Part shown: positions 27,208 through 38,830 of the stretch, piece after piece
Position numbering within the stretch: the first letter of the stretch is position 1
How the letters are laid out: every line of letters starts with the position of its first letter
Source: Trueperaceae bacterium
GTDB taxonomy: Bacteria > Deinococcota > Deinococci > Deinococcales > Trueperaceae
Assembly: GCA_965215565.1 (NCBI GenBank)
Contig: CBDCDZ010000004.1
Location: 192,001-256,000, forward strand
Length of the DNA stretch: 64,000 nucleotides
Direction of reading: 5' to 3'
Notes under the pieces: model-generated
Databases searched by the model: none
The model's input: only the letters and a program-made list of their open reading frames with translations
Told to the model about the DNA's origin: nothing
Position numbers and translations under genes: made by a program

Positions 27208-28041
27208 TCAGTCGCCGTACTCATAAAACCCATGCCCACTCTTCCGCCCCAATCGCCCCGCTTCAACCAACTTTCTCAACCCCTGCGTTGGGCGAAAGCG
27301 CTCGCCCACCCCTTCGGTCATCGACTCGGAGATGTAGAGCATGGTGTCTAAACCGACGTAATCGGCAAGCTCAAGAGGTCCCATCGGGTGATTCAGCCCG
27401 AGTTTGACGGCGGTGTCGATGTCTTCGGGTGAGGCGACGCCCTCTTCTAACATCCGCATGGCTTCGGTTAAGAGGGCGGCTAGCGCCCGCGTGGTCACGA
27501 ACCCCTGTCTATCCTGTACGACAACCGTCGTTTTACCGCACCTCTCCGATAAAGTTTGCGTCGCCGCTAGCGTCTCATCCGAAGTCTGCACCGCCCGCAC
27601 GATTTCGATGAGGCTCATGCGCTCGGGCGGGTTGAACCAGTGCATTCCGATGACCTTGTCGGGGCGCTTCGTCGCGGCGGCAATCGCGGTGACGGAGAGT
27701 TCGCTCGTGTTGGTGGCTAGAATGGTGTGCGCGGGCGCAGCTTCGTCCAACTGCGCGAAGAGGGTGCGTTTGAGGTCCAACTTTTCCGGCACCGCTTCAA
27801 TCACATAGTCTGCTCTCGCCACCTCTTCTAAGTTCGAGGTAACAAAAAGACGTTCTAATGCCGCCTCGTCGTTGCGTTTGGCAATGCGTTTTCGTGCTCT
27901 TTCTAAAGCGCTGTCGGAGGGATCGAAAAGATGCACCTCGAGCCCGTTCATCAGAAGGAGTGCGGCGATGCCGCCGCCCATCGTACCTGCGCCGACGACG
28001 GAGACGCGCGCTACGTCTGTTTGAGAGGGTTGACTGTTCAT
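27208..28041 (-). CDS. hbd: 3-hydroxyacyl(butyryl)-CoA dehydrogenase
   Basis: GAGTMGGGIA, IEAVPE, ATNTS, GMHWFNP, HPMGPLELADYVGLD, GRKSGHGFY. Confidence 0.92.
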   Translation of the reverse strand: MNSQPSQTDVARVSVVGAGTMGGGIAALLLMNGLEVHLFDPSDSALERARKRIAKRNDEAALERLFVTSNLEEVARADYVIEAVPEKLDLKRTLFAQLDEAAPAHTILATNTSELSVTAIAAATKRPDKVIGMHWFNPPERMSLIEIVRAVQTSDETLAATQTLSERCGKTTVVVQDRQGFVTTRALAALLTEAMRMLEEGVASPEDIDTAVKLGLNHPMGPLELADYVGLDTMLYISESMTEGVGERFRPTQGLRKLVEAGRLGRKSGHGFYEYGD

Positions 28042-28182
28042 ACGTCATTCTATGCCCGCTAAGCGCCACTAGCGCTGTTGTTCTCGCATAGCCGAGCGCA
28101 ACTCTGTTCAAGACCCGGACGCCCAAAGAGGCTATGTTAGGCTGACGAAAGCGTTTCGTTCCACAGCTAAAAGGAGACCTCC

Positions 28183-30039
28183 ATGTCCGACGCATCCTCT
28201 CAGTCCAGCTATCAACCCATCGAAGACTACGGGCTCATCGGCGACATGCACACGGTGGCGCTCGTCGGTGAGGACGGCTCCATCGACTGGTGCTGCTTGC
28301 CCCGCTTCGACTCGCCCTCGGTCTTCGGGGCGATTTTGGACGACGAGAAGGGGGGCAGGTTCAAGCTCGAGATGATCGCCGAGACCGTCACTCACAAGCA
28401 GTTTTACTGGCCTGAGACGAACATCTTGGTCACGCGCTTTTTGTCCGAGGAGGGCGTTGGCGAGGTCACGGACTACATGCCTGTAAGTGACGAAACGTAT
28501 GACATAGGTAAGCGGCAGATTATCAGGACCGTCAAGGCGGTGCGCGGCACGGTGCATTTCAAGATGACCTGTGCGCCCGCCTTTAACTACGCGAGAGATA
28601 CGCATGAGGTCGAGGTGTATGAGGACGGGGTCTGCTTCTCGAGCGAACACCTCAGCTTAGGGCTCTCCGCCGAAGTTCCCTTAGAGAACGGCGGCAGCGC
28701 CGTCACCGCCGAATTTGCGCTCTCTGAGGGTCATACGACCACCTTTGTGCTGCGCGAAATCGGCGAGTTCAGAGGTTGCGGTGACGTCCTTTCTGAGCAG
28801 GGCGCGGTGAAGGTCTTCCGCGAAACGGTCAACTACTGGCGGCGCTGGCTCTCCCAATGTACCTACACTGGGCGCTGGCGCGAGAACGTCCACCGCTCGG
28901 CGCTGGCGCTCAAACTCCTGACCTATAAGCCCACCGGAGCCATCGTCGCCGCGCCTACGACGAGTCTGCCTGAAGGCATCGGCGGCGAGCGCAACTGGGA
29001 CTACCGCTACACCTGGATTCGCGACGCCGCCTTTACGCTCTACGCCTTTTTGCGCATCGGTTTTACGGAAGAGGCGGGCGCATTTATGAAGTATCTGGAA
29101 AAGCTCTGTGAAGAGGACAACGCGAACGGCTACCCCTTGCAAATTATGTACGGCATAGGCGGCGAAAAAACGCTCACCGAAGAGAATTTAGACCATTTAG
29201 AAGGCTACTGCCATTCCAAACCCGTGCGTATCGGCAACGCGGCGCACGACCAGCTTCAACTCGACATCTACGGCGAAATCATGGACGCGATCTACTTATA
29301 CAACAAGTACGGCGCACCGATTTCCTATGACCTCTGGTGCTCGGTGCGCGAGTTCGTGAACTGGGTCTGCGACAACTGGCGTCTCAAAGACGAGGGCGTC
29401 TGGGAGATGCGCGGCGGCAAGCAGCAGTTCGTCTACTCGAACGTGATGTGCTGGGTGGCGGTGGATAGAGGGTTGCGCTTAGCGGACAAGCGCTCCTTCC
29501 CCGCCGACCGCGCCCGCTGGCTCAAGGTGCGCGACGAGATTTACGAGGAGGTTATGACGAAAGGTTGGAGCGAGGAGCGCGAGGTGTTCGTGCAGCACTA
29601 CGAGAGCACCGCTTTGGACGCCGCCAACCTCATCATGCCTCTGGTCTTTTTCATCTCGCCCGTAGACCCGCGAATGCTCAGCACCTTAGACGCCACGCTC
29701 AAAACGCCCGAAGAGGGCGGGCTCGTGTCGAATAGCCTCGTCTACCGCTACAACATCAGCGAGAGCGAGGATGGGCTTTCCGGTGAAGAGGGCACTTTTA
29801 ATATCTGCACCTTTTGGCTCGTCGAGGCGCTGACGCGGGCAGGGCAGCTCGAGACCAGCCGCCTAGAAGACGCCCGTCTCATGTTCGAGCAGATGTTGGG
29901 CTACGCCAACCACCTAGGGCTCTACGCTGAGGAGACCGGGCATCACGGCGAAGCGCTAGGCAACTTTCCGCAAGCGTTTACGCATTTAGCGCTGATTAGC
30001 GCGGCGTATAATTTGGACAGGTCTTTAGGAAGAAGTTGA
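28183..30039 (+). CDS. Glycoside hydrolase family 15 (trehalase/glucoamylase-like)
   Basis: [48 protein letters not shown]. Confidence 0.95.
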   Translation: MSDASSQSSYQPIEDYGLIGDMHTVALVGEDGSIDWCCLPRFDSPSVFGAILDDEKGGRFKLEMIAETVTHKQFYWPETNILVTRFLSEEGVGEVTDYMPVSDETYDIGKRQIIRTVKAVRGTVHFKMTCAPAFNYARDTHEVEVYEDGVCFSSEHLSLGLSAEVPLENGGSAVTAEFALSEGHTTTFVLREIGEFRGCGDVLSEQGAVKVFRETVNYWRRWLSQCTYTGRWRENVHRSALALKLLTYKPTGAIVAAPTTSLPEGIGGERNWDYRYTWIRDAAFTLYAFLRIGFTEEAGAFMKYLEKLCEEDNANGYPLQIMYGIGGEKTLTEENLDHLEGYCHSKPVRIGNAAHDQLQLDIYGEIMDAIYLYNKYGAPISYDLWCSVREFVNWVCDNWRLKDEGVWEMRGGKQQFVYSNVMCWVAVDRGLRLADKRSFPADRARWLKVRDEIYEEVMTKGWSEEREVFVQHYESTALDAANLIMPLVFFISPVDPRMLSTLDATLKTPEEGGLVSNSLVYRYNISESEDGLSGEEGTFNICTFWLVEALTRAGQLETSRLEDARLMFEQMLGYANHLGLYAEETGHHGEALGNFPQAFTHLALISAAYNLDRSLGRS

Positions 30040-30041
30040 AG

Positions 30042-30098
30042 GCAACGAGCAATGAGTAAAGACCTTTGATTTTCACTCATTGCTCGGAACTCATTGCT
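30042..30098. repeat. Heptamer-built palindromic repeat, copy 6 (between convergent genes)
   Basis: CGAGCAATGAGT...ACTCATTGCTCG. Confidence 0.85.
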
Positions 30099-30110
30099 GC
30101 TTCCCGCTCA

Positions 30111-30935
30111 TTACTTCTTTCTCGGACAATTCTTCCCAATCGGAATACACATCGGCGTGCCGCTCACCGGATCGGGGATGATGCAAGCCTCGAGCCCGAA
30201 CGCCTCTTTGAGGTTATCTGAGGTCATGACCTCTTGCGGCTCTCCTTGCGCGTAGATGTGCCCCGCTTTCATGATGACGAGCGTGTCGGCGTAGCGCGCG
30301 GCTTGGTTGAGGTCATGCAGCACGACGACGATAGAGGTGCCCTGACGCTGGTTGAGTTGGGCGAGCAGGTCCATCACCTCGATCTGATAGGCGAGGTCTA
30401 AGAAAGTTGTGGGCTCGTCCAAGAGCAGCGTGTCTGTCTCCTGTGCTAAGGTCATCGCAATCCAGGCGCGTTGGCGCTGCCCGCCGGAGAGCGCGTCGAG
30501 GGGGCGGTCTGCGAAGTCGGTCATGGTGGTGGTCTCTAATGCCTTTTGTAACGCCCTTTCATCCTCTTTTGACCACTGCTGAAAAAAGCCCTGATGCGGG
30601 TAGCGTCCTTGCGCCACCAACTCGCGCACCGTCAAGCCTTCGGGCGCGTCGGGACCTTGCGGCAAGAGTCCTAAATGCTTGGCAATCTGCTTCGTGGGGA
30701 CCTTTTGGATCGCTTTGCCGTCTAAAGTGATGCCCCCCTCTTTCGGCTTCATGAGCCGCGCAAGCCCGCGCAGCAAGGTGGACTTGCCGCAGCCGTTCGG
30801 TCCAATGAGCGCCGTTACTTTGCCCCGCTCTACTGAGAGGTTGAGGCTGTGAATCACGTCCGTTTTCTCGTACGCTAAGACGAGGTTTTCGGCGCTTAGG
30901 ACGGGTTCGGACGTGGTGTCGTAGCTTGCAATCAT
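30111..30935 (-). CDS. Iron-siderophore ABC transporter ATP-binding protein (FhuC/FecE-like)
   Basis: [37 protein letters not shown]. Confidence 0.95.
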   Translation of the reverse strand: MIASYDTTSEPVLSAENLVLAYEKTDVIHSLNLSVERGKVTALIGPNGCGKSTLLRGLARLMKPKEGGITLDGKAIQKVPTKQIAKHLGLLPQGPDAPEGLTVRELVAQGRYPHQGFFQQWSKEDERALQKALETTTMTDFADRPLDALSGGQRQRAWIAMTLAQETDTLLLDEPTTFLDLAYQIEVMDLLAQLNQRQGTSIVVVLHDLNQAARYADTLVIMKAGHIYAQGEPQEVMTSDNLKEAFGLEACIIPDPVSGTPMCIPIGKNCPRKK

Positions 30936-31004
30936 AAACTTTCCTCTCTCGCTCGAGCCTCTACGTAAAACGAATATGCACAGACAACTCGGAAGAACTT
31001 AGCC

Positions 31005-32093
31005 TCACATATCCCGGTAGCGCCACAGCAGATACATAAAATAGGGTGCGCCAATCACGGCGGTGACGATGCCGGCGGGCAGTTGACTCGGCGCGATGAT
31101 GGTGCGTCCGATGAAGTCAGCAGTGAGAACCATCAAGCCGCCTGTGAAGGCTGTTGCAGGGAGCAACCCTTCGTGCCCAGGACCGACTAAGCGCCGCGTG
31201 ATGTGCGGGGCGACGAGCCCAACGAAGCCAATCGTACCCGCCGCCGCTACCGCGCCCGCTGCGAGGGCGACGCTCAAGAGGATGAGGAAGCCTCTGGTTA
31301 GCTCGAGCCTCAGCCCCAACCCCGCCGCGCTCTCCTCCCCGAGTGCCAATGTATTGAGCTGTCGCGCACTGAGAAAGGTGAGGGGCAGGAGAATGGCGAG
31401 CCACAGCGCCGTCGTGCGCACCTCTTCCCAGCCACGCCCGTACACGCTCCCGGAGAGCCACACGTACGCCCGCTGCACGTCGTTGATGTCGCCGAAAACC
31501 ACCATCAGTGTCGTCAGCGCTTGGAATACGGCAGCGAAGCCGACGCCGATGAGGATGAGGCGCAAGGGCGAACTCCCGCCGCGCCACGCGAAGAGGTAGA
31601 TGAGCGCCGCCGTAACGAGCGCACCCACGAACGCCGCCCAGGGTAGGAGTTGAATCGGGACGTTGTCGAAATAGATGAGGAGCGACACGGCTGCTAACGC
31701 CGCCCCGTTGCTGATGCCCAAAATACCGGGGTCCGCCAGCGCGTTGCGGGTGATGCCTTGCAAAATCGCGCCCGATACCGCGAGTGCCGAGCCGACTAGG
31801 ACCGCTAGCACGATGCGCGGCAACCGAAAGAGGCGCACGACTAAGCGGTGGTCATCGTTGCCCGTTTCCATGCCCAGCGTCGCTTTGATAACGTCAAGAG
31901 GTGCGATGCGGTACTCACCGTAGCTCACGCTCATGACGCCGACGCTTAGCACCAGAAGGAGGAGCACGAAGGTAACAGGCAAGGCGCGCTTGTCGATGCG
32001 GAAGGAGAACCGCTTCCCTAAGCGTATGGTGCGCCAGGTTCCTCTGCCGCTTTGTTGAACGTCGGCTCGAGGATTGACCTTGACTTGTGCCAT
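31005..32093 (-). CDS. FecCD family iron-siderophore permease
   Basis: RLPR, LQGITRNALADPGILG, IGFVGLVAPH; start ATG 32093 overlaps the upstream stop. Confidence 0.93.
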   Translation of the reverse strand: MAQVKVNPRADVQQSGRGTWRTIRLGKRFSFRIDKRALPVTFVLLLLVLSVGVMSVSYGEYRIAPLDVIKATLGMETGNDDHRLVVRLFRLPRIVLAVLVGSALAVSGAILQGITRNALADPGILGISNGAALAAVSLLIYFDNVPIQLLPWAAFVGALVTAALIYLFAWRGGSSPLRLILIGVGFAAVFQALTTLMVVFGDINDVQRAYVWLSGSVYGRGWEEVRTTALWLAILLPLTFLSARQLNTLALGEESAAGLGLRLELTRGFLILLSVALAAGAVAAAGTIGFVGLVAPHITRRLVGPGHEGLLPATAFTGGLMVLTADFIGRTIIAPSQLPAGIVTAVIGAPYFMYLLWRYRDM

Positions 32094-33121
32094 CAGCGCC
32101 GCACCTTGTACCGCGCCAAATAGATAAAGAAGGGCGCACCAACGAGCGCCATCATCACGCCGACGGGTAACTCCTGCGGTTGGATGACGACTCGAGCCCC
32201 GACGTCCGCGAGCGTCACTAAGACCGCGCCTAAAAGCGCCGAGTAGGGCAGTATCCAGCGGTAGTCCACGCCGACGAGAAAGCGCGTAACGTGAGGAACA
32301 ACTAGCCCGACGGAGCCGATAGGACCAGCCAACGCCACCGCGCCGCCTGCCAAAAGTACGACTATCACCGCCGCGAGAATTTTGAGCCAGCCCGTATTTT
32401 GCCCTAAACCCGTCGCTACGTCGTCCCCTAAGCTGAGCGTTGTGATCTGCCGTCCCAAAAGGAGAGCGCCGACGAGCCCGGCGAAGATGTAAGGCGAGGT
32501 CCATAAGAGCAGCGGCATCTCGCGCCCTGCCAGTGAGCCCGCCGTCCAGAAGCGCACCTGGTCTAACGTATTCTGATCCATAATGAGAATCGGGGTGGTG
32601 AACGAGCTGATGAACGCCGTGAAGACCGCGCCCGCAAGCGTCAACTTGAGCGGTGTCGCGCCGCCGCGCCCTACCGAGCCGAGCGCGTAGACGAAAACGG
32701 CGGCGAGTGCCGCGCCGATGAAGGCGAACAGCGCATACGTCGAAAGCGGTAGGCTGCCTAGAATGAGCACGGCTAAGACGACTGCAAACGACGCGCCCGC
32801 GTTGACGCCTAAGATGCTCGGCGACGCGAGCGGATTGCGCGTAAGTCCCTGCATGATCGCGCCCGCCACGGCTAATGCCGCGCCGACGACTGCGCCCGCT
32901 AAAATACGTGGCAAGCGCACCGTGCGGATGATGAGGTGATCGAACGACTCGTCGAACGCGAAGAGGGCGGCGTAGACCGTCCTCACCGAGATGTCTGCCG
33001 CGCCTAGCGTGATGCTGAACGCGAGACACGCGAGCAGCAGTCCCAAGCCGAGCGGCAAGCCCAGCCACTTGGAGAGGCGCAGGGTTCTTCGCTGTGAGGG
33101 AGAGGTAGAAGGGTAAGCCAT
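32093..33121 (-). CDS. FecCD family iron-siderophore permease
   Basis: [28 protein letters not shown]; alternative start 33136. Confidence 0.93.
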   Translation of the reverse strand: MAYPSTSPSQRRTLRLSKWLGLPLGLGLLLACLAFSITLGAADISVRTVYAALFAFDESFDHLIIRTVRLPRILAGAVVGAALAVAGAIMQGLTRNPLASPSILGVNAGASFAVVLAVLILGSLPLSTYALFAFIGAALAAVFVYALGSVGRGGATPLKLTLAGAVFTAFISSFTTPILIMDQNTLDQVRFWTAGSLAGREMPLLLWTSPYIFAGLVGALLLGRQITTLSLGDDVATGLGQNTGWLKILAAVIVVLLAGGAVALAGPIGSVGLVVPHVTRFLVGVDYRWILPYSALLGAVLVTLADVGARVVIQPQELPVGVMMALVGAPFFIYLARYKVRR

Positions 33122-33155
33122 GATCGTCTCGAGCACACATCATCCTGAAATCAGC

Positions 33156-33180
33156 AATCCTGATCGCTGTGCTCGGAATT
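33156..33180. promoter_or_regulatory. Candidate Rrf2/IscR-like operator
   Basis: AATCCTGAT-N7-CTCGGAATT, just downstream of a TTGACG-N18-TACGCT promoter (minus strand). Confidence 0.45.
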
Positions 33181-33336
33181 AAGCGTACTCTATTTTGCAG
33201 CCGTTCGTCAAAGAGGTGAGGCACCGTAAGAGCTGTCCAGGACGAGAATCGTAATGATTCCGAGGTTTGCTTTTGCTTCACGCTTACGCTGATTTAGTCT
33301 TCAGCACACACTACCCTTCGAATCTGCGCGACTTTT

Positions 33337-34470
33337 TTACGCCTTGCGCCAGGGCTCAAAAATCTCTTGCGCCACGCCGCGCCCCTTAGGGGTCAAGAAC
33401 AGCGCCTCGCCCTCGCGGTTCACGAGCCCGTCGTCTAAGCTGCGCACGAGCACGCGCTGCGCTTTGGCGTCGTCCCAGCGCAGGTGCTCGCGTAGAGCGC
33501 TCACCACGTTCTCCTCCGCCTGGCGCGGACCCTTCTCGTGGTGGTAGAGGTGCACCGCCAGCGCCCGGCTCGCGTCCTCGTCGCGGCGCTGCAAACGCCT
33601 GATCTCTTGCGCGAGGAGCCCGTAGCGCGGTCCAAACAGGAAGGCGAGCGTCAAGAAAACGCCCGTCATGACTGCCATCATGCCGCCGATGGAAACGTCT
33701 AAGGGGACGGCGATAAAGTAGCCGCTGACGCTCGAGAAGATTGATATAAGCGAACCGTAGAGCATCATCTTCCAGAGCCTATCGGTCAAGAGGTAGGCGG
33801 CGGCGGGCGGCACGATCACAAAGGTGATAAAGAGCACCGCGCCCACCGCGTCAAAAGCGGCGACGGCGGTGGCGCTCGTCAGGGAAAGAAGCGCGTAGAA
33901 GAGCGCTGTGGGCGCGAAGCCGAGCGCTTTGGCTAAGGGGGCGTCGAAGGTGGCGAGCTTGAGTTCTTTGTAGAACAAGCTCACGAAGGTGAGGTTCACA
34001 AGCGTCATCACGGACATCCAGAGGAGCGCGTTCGGCACCTCCACGCCGCCCAGCGTCACCGTATCGAGCCAGACAAAGCCGATTTCGCCCAGCAGCACGG
34101 TGTGCTCGTCGATGTGTACGTCCCGGGCGTAGAGGTTGAGCAGCAACACTCCTATGGAGAAGAGCACCGGGAACACCAGACCGATAGCCGCGTCGTACTT
34201 GACGCGGCGGCTCGACGCCACGGCTTCGGTCAAGAAGACCGTCAGCACACCTGTGAGCGCCGCGCCGATGATCTGTACAGGTCCGCTCTGCTGATTTGTC
34301 AGTAACCATACGATGACGATGCCGAAGACGATGGAGTGGCTTATGGCGTCCGCCAACATGCTATTTTTGCGCAGGACTAAAAAGGTTCCTAAGAGGCTCG
34401 CCGCAACGCCGACGAGTGCGCCCGTCGCCATGATGGTAAAAGGAATGTTGGAGAGTAGACTCACCATCAC
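33337..34470 (-). CDS. Mn/Zn ABC transporter permease (TroD/MntD-like) with C-terminal wHTH-like extension
   Basis: DAISH, HIDEHTVLLGEI, YKELKLATFD. Confidence 0.92.
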   Translation of the reverse strand: MMVSLLSNIPFTIMATGALVGVAASLLGTFLVLRKNSMLADAISHSIVFGIVIVWLLTNQQSGPVQIIGAALTGVLTVFLTEAVASSRRVKYDAAIGLVFPVLFSIGVLLLNLYARDVHIDEHTVLLGEIGFVWLDTVTLGGVEVPNALLWMSVMTLVNLTFVSLFYKELKLATFDAPLAKALGFAPTALFYALLSLTSATAVAAFDAVGAVLFITFVIVPPAAAYLLTDRLWKMMLYGSLISIFSSVSGYFIAVPLDVSIGGMMAVMTGVFLTLAFLFGPRYGLLAQEIRRLQRRDEDASRALAVHLYHHEKGPRQAEENVVSALREHLRWDDAKAQRVLVRSLDDGLVNREGEALFLTPKGRGVAQEIFEPWRKA

Positions 34471-35603
34471 GCGCCCTGCGGGTTGAGCGCGTCCAGGATG
34501 CGCTCCGCCTCACGCCGCCCCTTATCGGTCAGCGCCCAGTGCTCGCCCTCGCCCGGCATGTGCGTCTCGCGCGCGACGAAACCGTCCTTTTGAAGACGCC
34601 CCAATGCCCCTGTCGCGTCGGCGCGGTAGTACACGTTGACCATCCCCTCCTCGGTGAGATAGCGGGGGTCTCGGTGTTTCTCCGTAAGCTGATAGAGCGT
34701 CGTCAAGACCCGCTGCGCCTCCAAGACGCGGCGGTTACGCCACCGCTGCAACGCCTCCCATACGACGCCGCGCCCCGGCGCGAACAAGATGGAGAGGAGC
34801 ACGAACGCCGAGATGCTCAAGATAATGAGCGGACCCGTCGCCAAGTTGCGCCCCGACGCGCTGATGAGCGCCCCTGTGACGCCCCCGGCTGCGCCGATGA
34901 GAGCGGACACGAGTACCATGCTCCCTAAGCTATTGACCCATTGCCGCGCCGCCGCCGCCGGCGCGATGATCATCGCCGCCATAAGGACGACGCCCACCAT
35001 CTGCAGACCCACGACGACGGCGAAGGCGATCATCGCGGTCATAAAGACCTCGAGCACCACCACGGGCAGCCCGAGCGAGCCCGCGAAGAGCGGGTCAAAG
35101 GTGACGAGTTTAAGCTCTTTCCACAAGAGCGCAACGAGCAGGAGCGCCACGCTGGTCACGCCGCCCATCACCCAGAGGTCACTGCGCAGCATCGCAGCGG
35201 CTTGACCGAACAAAAAGGAATCCAGCCCGCCCTGCGAGGCGTTACCCGTCCCTTGAATGTAGGTGAGAAGCACGATGCCCAGCGCGAAAAAGAGGCTCAG
35301 CGAGATGCCCAGCCCCGCGTCCGTCTTGAGGCGACTGCGGCGCGTGAGGAGGAGCATAAAGAGCGCGGCGAGGACGCCCGTAAAGAGCGCCCCCGCCAAG
35401 ATGCTGCCGAGCTGCCTCGAGCCCGCCACGATAAACCCCAGACAGATGCCGGGCAGCGCCGCGTGCGAAAGCGTGTCCCCCAAGAGGCTCTGCTGCCGCA
35501 AGACCGCGAACGTGCCGAGCACGCCGCTGCTCACGCCTAGGAGTGCCGCGCCCATCGCGACGTTTTGGACTGTGTAGTCACCTAAAAAGCTGAGGAGCGA
35601 CAC
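34467..35603 (-). CDS. Mn/Zn ABC transporter permease (TroC/MntC-like) with C-terminal wHTH-like extension
   Basis: GDTLSHAALPG, FLFGQAA, WALTDKGRREA. Confidence 0.92.
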   Translation of the reverse strand: MSLLSFLGDYTVQNVAMGAALLGVSSGVLGTFAVLRQQSLLGDTLSHAALPGICLGFIVAGSRQLGSILAGALFTGVLAALFMLLLTRRSRLKTDAGLGISLSLFFALGIVLLTYIQGTGNASQGGLDSFLFGQAAAMLRSDLWVMGGVTSVALLLVALLWKELKLVTFDPLFAGSLGLPVVVLEVFMTAMIAFAVVVGLQMVGVVLMAAMIIAPAAAARQWVNSLGSMVLVSALIGAAGGVTGALISASGRNLATGPLIILSISAFVLLSILFAPGRGVVWEALQRWRNRRVLEAQRVLTTLYQLTEKHRDPRYLTEEGMVNVYYRADATGALGRLQKDGFVARETHMPGEGEHWALTDKGRREAERILDALNPQGA

Positions 35604-36439
35604 TAGTTGACCTCTTGAGCGGCGGGGTCTCGAGGCTCCACCTCTTTCGGGGCGTCTTGCGAGTCCTCTTCGTCCTCGAGCTGCTCCGCGAACGCCTCGC
35701 TCTGTAAAAGTGCGATCTGCCCGCCATACGCCGCGCGCAAGTTCTCCGCCGTGTAGACCTCTTGCACGGGTCCTTGCGCGATGGTGCGCACGTTCAAGAT
35801 GAGCATCCAGTCGAAGTAGCTCGTGACGGTCTGCAAGTCGTGGTGCACGACGATGACGGTCTTGCCCTCGTCGCGCAGCTCGCGCAAGATGTTCACGATG
35901 GCGCGTTCCGTGGTGGCGTCTACACCTGCCATCGGCTCGTCTAAAAAGTACACGTCGGCGTCTTGGACCAACGCCCGCGCCAAAAAGACGCGCTGCTGCT
36001 GTCCGCCCGAGAGTTGGCTGATCTGCCTGGGCGCGTAGTCCTGCATCCCGACGAGTTCCAGCGCGTGCTCCGCCTTCTCACGCTCGCGCCGCCCCGGACG
36101 CCTGAACCAGCCGAGCTGCTCGTAGAGCCCCATCGTGACGACGTCGATGGCTGTCGTCGGAAAGTCCCAGTCCACCGACGAGCGCTGCGGCACGTAGCCT
36201 ATTCTGCGCCGCTGCTCCTTATACGACTTACCGTACACGTAAATATGGCCCGCGCTCTTCTTGACGAGCCCCAAAATCGACTTGATGAGCGTACTCTTGC
36301 CCGCGCCGTTCGGTCCGACGATAGCGGCTAAAACGCCCGGCGGCACGTCGAGGTCAATGTCCCACAGGACGGGCTTAGAGTGATAACTCACCGTCAAATC
36401 TTCGATGTGCAGGGCTAAATCGGGTTCGTGTTGTGCCAT
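35603..36439 (-). CDS. Mn/Zn ABC transporter ATP-binding protein (TroB/MntB-like)
   Basis: [45 protein letters not shown] 36439 after AGGAG. Confidence 0.94.
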   Translation of the reverse strand: MAQHEPDLALHIEDLTVSYHSKPVLWDIDLDVPPGVLAAIVGPNGAGKSTLIKSILGLVKKSAGHIYVYGKSYKEQRRRIGYVPQRSSVDWDFPTTAIDVVTMGLYEQLGWFRRPGRREREKAEHALELVGMQDYAPRQISQLSGGQQQRVFLARALVQDADVYFLDEPMAGVDATTERAIVNILRELRDEGKTVIVVHHDLQTVTSYFDWMLILNVRTIAQGPVQEVYTAENLRAAYGGQIALLQSEAFAEQLEDEEDSQDAPKEVEPRDPAAQEVN

Positions 36440-36492
36440 GTTGCTCCTAAATATTACAGGGAGATAGTCGTTAGTAATAGGTCGTTTAGAGA

Positions 36493-36573
36493 ATGTCAGC
36501 ACTTCAGGAAAAAGCTTAAAACCTGTTACGGAGTTTTCGGAACGAAACAAGCTGAAATGCTGACTGGCTGATA
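36493..36573. repeat. Intergenic repeat family B, copy 2
   Basis: TGTCAGCACTTCAGGAAAAAGCTTAAAACCTG...GCTGAC. Confidence 0.7.
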
Positions 36574-36586
36574 CGAGAGAATAGCG

Positions 36587-37549
36587 CTACGGGTTCGCCG
36601 CAACGTCCCACTGCGCCGCCCATTCGCTGAGGGCTTCGGGTAAGGGGGGCACGTCGCCGCCCAGCGCCTCGACGATCGTCCTTGTATTTTCAAAGAGCAT
36701 CCCGATGTATGTTCCCCCTACGGTTCCTTCTTGCCCCATCGCGTCGGAGTACAGCTCGCCGCCGACTTCGACTTGATGACCGCGCTGCGCCGCCGCGTCG
36801 ATGACTGCCCGGACGGTGCGCGGGTTGATGGTGCTCTCGATAAAGACAGCGGGCACCTGACGCTCGGCGATGACCTGCGCCATATTGCGGATGTCCGCGA
36901 CACCCGCCTCGGACTCGGTGCTGATCCCCTGGACGCCTTCAACCTCGATGCCGTAGGCGCGTCCGTAGTAGGCGAAGGCGTCGTGCGCGGTAACGAGGAC
37001 GCGCTGCCCCTCGGGGATGCTCGAGACCGCCGCTTCGATCCAACCGTTTAGCGCTTCTAACTGCGCGGCGTAAGCCTCTGCGTTGCTTCTAAACCGCTCG
37101 GCGCACTCGGGGCGCAACTCTGCGAGGGCGTCTGCAATCGTAGGCGCGATCTGGGCCCAAAGCCCCGCGTCCATCCACAGGTGCGGGTCAATGCCGTATA
37201 CATCTTGCGTGGTGATGAGGGCGTCCGGGTTGATGGATTCGGGCGAGACGGCGAGGGTAGGCTTCCGCTCTGCGAAGCGCTCCAACACGTTGCCGAGCTG
37301 CCCCTCCAGCGAATACCCCGAGTAGAAGATGATGTCCGCGCTACTAAAGGTCCGCACGTCGCCCGAGCTAGCCTGGTAGAGGTGCGGGTCGATTCCCGGT
37401 CCCATAATAGCGGTCACGTTCGCGCACTCACCGCCGACGTTTTGCGCTACGTCACCGATCATGCCGATGGTAACAACCGCATTTATAGGTTCCTGCGCTA
37501 CCCCGTAAGCTGAAACGCTCAGCGCGAGCGCCAATACCAGCATCTTCAT
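36587..37549 (-). CDS. Mn/Zn ABC transporter substrate-binding protein (TroA/MntA-like)
   Basis: GPGIDPHLY, DPHLW, TAHDAF, LYSDAMG metal-ligand motifs; signal peptide. Confidence 0.94.
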   Translation of the reverse strand: MKMLVLALALSVSAYGVAQEPINAVVTIGMIGDVAQNVGGECANVTAIMGPGIDPHLYQASSGDVRTFSSADIIFYSGYSLEGQLGNVLERFAERKPTLAVSPESINPDALITTQDVYGIDPHLWMDAGLWAQIAPTIADALAELRPECAERFRSNAEAYAAQLEALNGWIEAAVSSIPEGQRVLVTAHDAFAYYGRAYGIEVEGVQGISTESEAGVADIRNMAQVIAERQVPAVFIESTINPRTVRAVIDAAAQRGHQVEVGGELYSDAMGQEGTVGGTYIGMLFENTRTIVEALGGDVPPLPEALSEWAAQWDVAANP

Positions 37550-37593
37550 TTAGAGACTCCTTAACTTTGTGGGCATAAAGGCAAAAAATCTTA

Positions 37594-37637
37594 TTTGCTT
37601 TGCCTAAAATTATGCCACGCGGTTTTACGTCTGTCAA
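37594..37637 (-). promoter_or_regulatory. Promoter TTGACA-N17-CATAAT with adjacent DtxR/MntR-like box
   Basis: -35 at 37632-37637, -10 at 37609-37614; TTTGCTTTGCCTAA at 37594-37607. Confidence 0.7.
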
Positions 37638-37896
37638 TCTGTTCCCTTTCATTTGAGTTTCATAGAAGTAACGGGTAATGCTCTAAACATGGTTTTTTAT
37701 GGAAAGCCCTTAGCTTTTAGCGGTTAGCCTTTAGCCGAAAAGCCTTTTTCGATGATTCTAAAGCGCATCGTAAGTGCTGCTCGGTTGCAACGTTCCTGTT
37801 CGTATTGACGACTAAAGCTTCACTCCACATTTCCTCGATAAGTGCCGAAGACATACCGAGGTCTTATCTGGTTAACATTGTACTAAAGCGGACATG

Positions 37897-38562
37897 TCAA
37901 GTCATCTGACCCTCGATCTGCTGCGCCAAGTCTCCTGAGAGGGCGAACGCTCTGCCTTGACTCGCGACATAGAACAGCTTGCCGAAAGGTTCGATGCTCT
38001 TGACCTCGAGCGCCGCGCCAGGCTTCACACCGAGGTCGAAGAGGTAGTTGAGCACTTCGCTCTCTTGGCTCAGGATGCGGTTGACCGCGAGCGTGTCGCC
38101 CACGTTAAGGTTCGCCAAGGATTCACCTGAGCGTTGTGGCAGGGTGCCGTCTGCTGTAGGGATGGGGTCGCCGTGCGGGTCGAAGGCGGGCTGCCCTAGC
38201 TTCTCGGCTAGGCGCTCCGTGAAGCGGTCGGTCATGGTGTGTTCCATCAGTTCGGCTTCTGCGTGAACCTCGTCCCAGGTGTAGTCGAGGTAGTCGATGA
38301 GAAAGGTCTCGATAAGCCGGTGGCGGCGCAGTAGGCGCAGCGCCGCCAAGCGTCCTTGTGGCGTCAGCGTCGCGCCGTGGTAGCGCTCGTAGGTCACGAA
38401 CTCGAGCCGCGCCAGCTTGCCCAACATGCCTGTGACCGAGGGCGCGGTTACGCCCAGGTGCTCAGCTAGGTCCTTCGTGCTGACGCTGCCGTCTTCAGCC
38501 AGCACCCAGATTGCTTTGAGATAGTCCCCCACCGCGTTCGACACGGGAATTGTTTTAGCCAT
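37897..38562 (-). CDS. mntR: DtxR/MntR family metal-dependent repressor
   Basis: DYLKAI, RRHRLIETFL, EAELMEH, DPHGDPIP, FeoA-like C-terminus. Confidence 0.93.
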   Translation of the reverse strand: MAKTIPVSNAVGDYLKAIWVLAEDGSVSTKDLAEHLGVTAPSVTGMLGKLARLEFVTYERYHGATLTPQGRLAALRLLRRHRLIETFLIDYLDYTWDEVHAEAELMEHTMTDRFTERLAEKLGQPAFDPHGDPIPTADGTLPQRSGESLANLNVGDTLAVNRILSQESEVLNYLFDLGVKPGAALEVKSIEPFGKLFYVASQGRAFALSGDLAQQIEGQMT

Positions 38563-38568
38563 GCCTAA
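38555..38568. promoter_or_regulatory. DtxR/MntR-type operator overlapping the mntR start codon
   Basis: TTAGCCATGCCTAA near-palindrome. Confidence 0.65.
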
Positions 38569-38731
38569 TTCTAGCATTTAGGCAAGAGGTCTACAACCGC
38601 TGCGCTAAACTTCGGGGCGAGATTTACCGCGTCATCGCTTCGAGCCATGAGACACGTTTCAGTCTGCTACGCCTCGAGGCGGACGGGCAAGGTTTTAGGT
38701 AGAAGAGGTCTCGAGCCGCACCGCTCTATGC

Positions 38732-38818
38732 TGCAGGTAGCTCGAGGGTTGCGCCTCATTCGTTTTCGCAGGTGTTTCCACTACGTGGCTCTGCGTCACG
38801 CGGTAGTCGAACGTCTGC
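38732..38818. repeat. 87-bp direct repeat, left copy
   Basis: Identical to 39461-39547. Confidence 0.97.
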
Positions 38819-38830
38819 TACAATCTTTTT

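Noticed and set aside
31005..33281. 758-aa ORF suggesting a giant permease fusion
   Set aside because: The N-terminal ~395 aa are an off-frame shadow of the upstream fecCD gene; the real gene starts at ATG 32093
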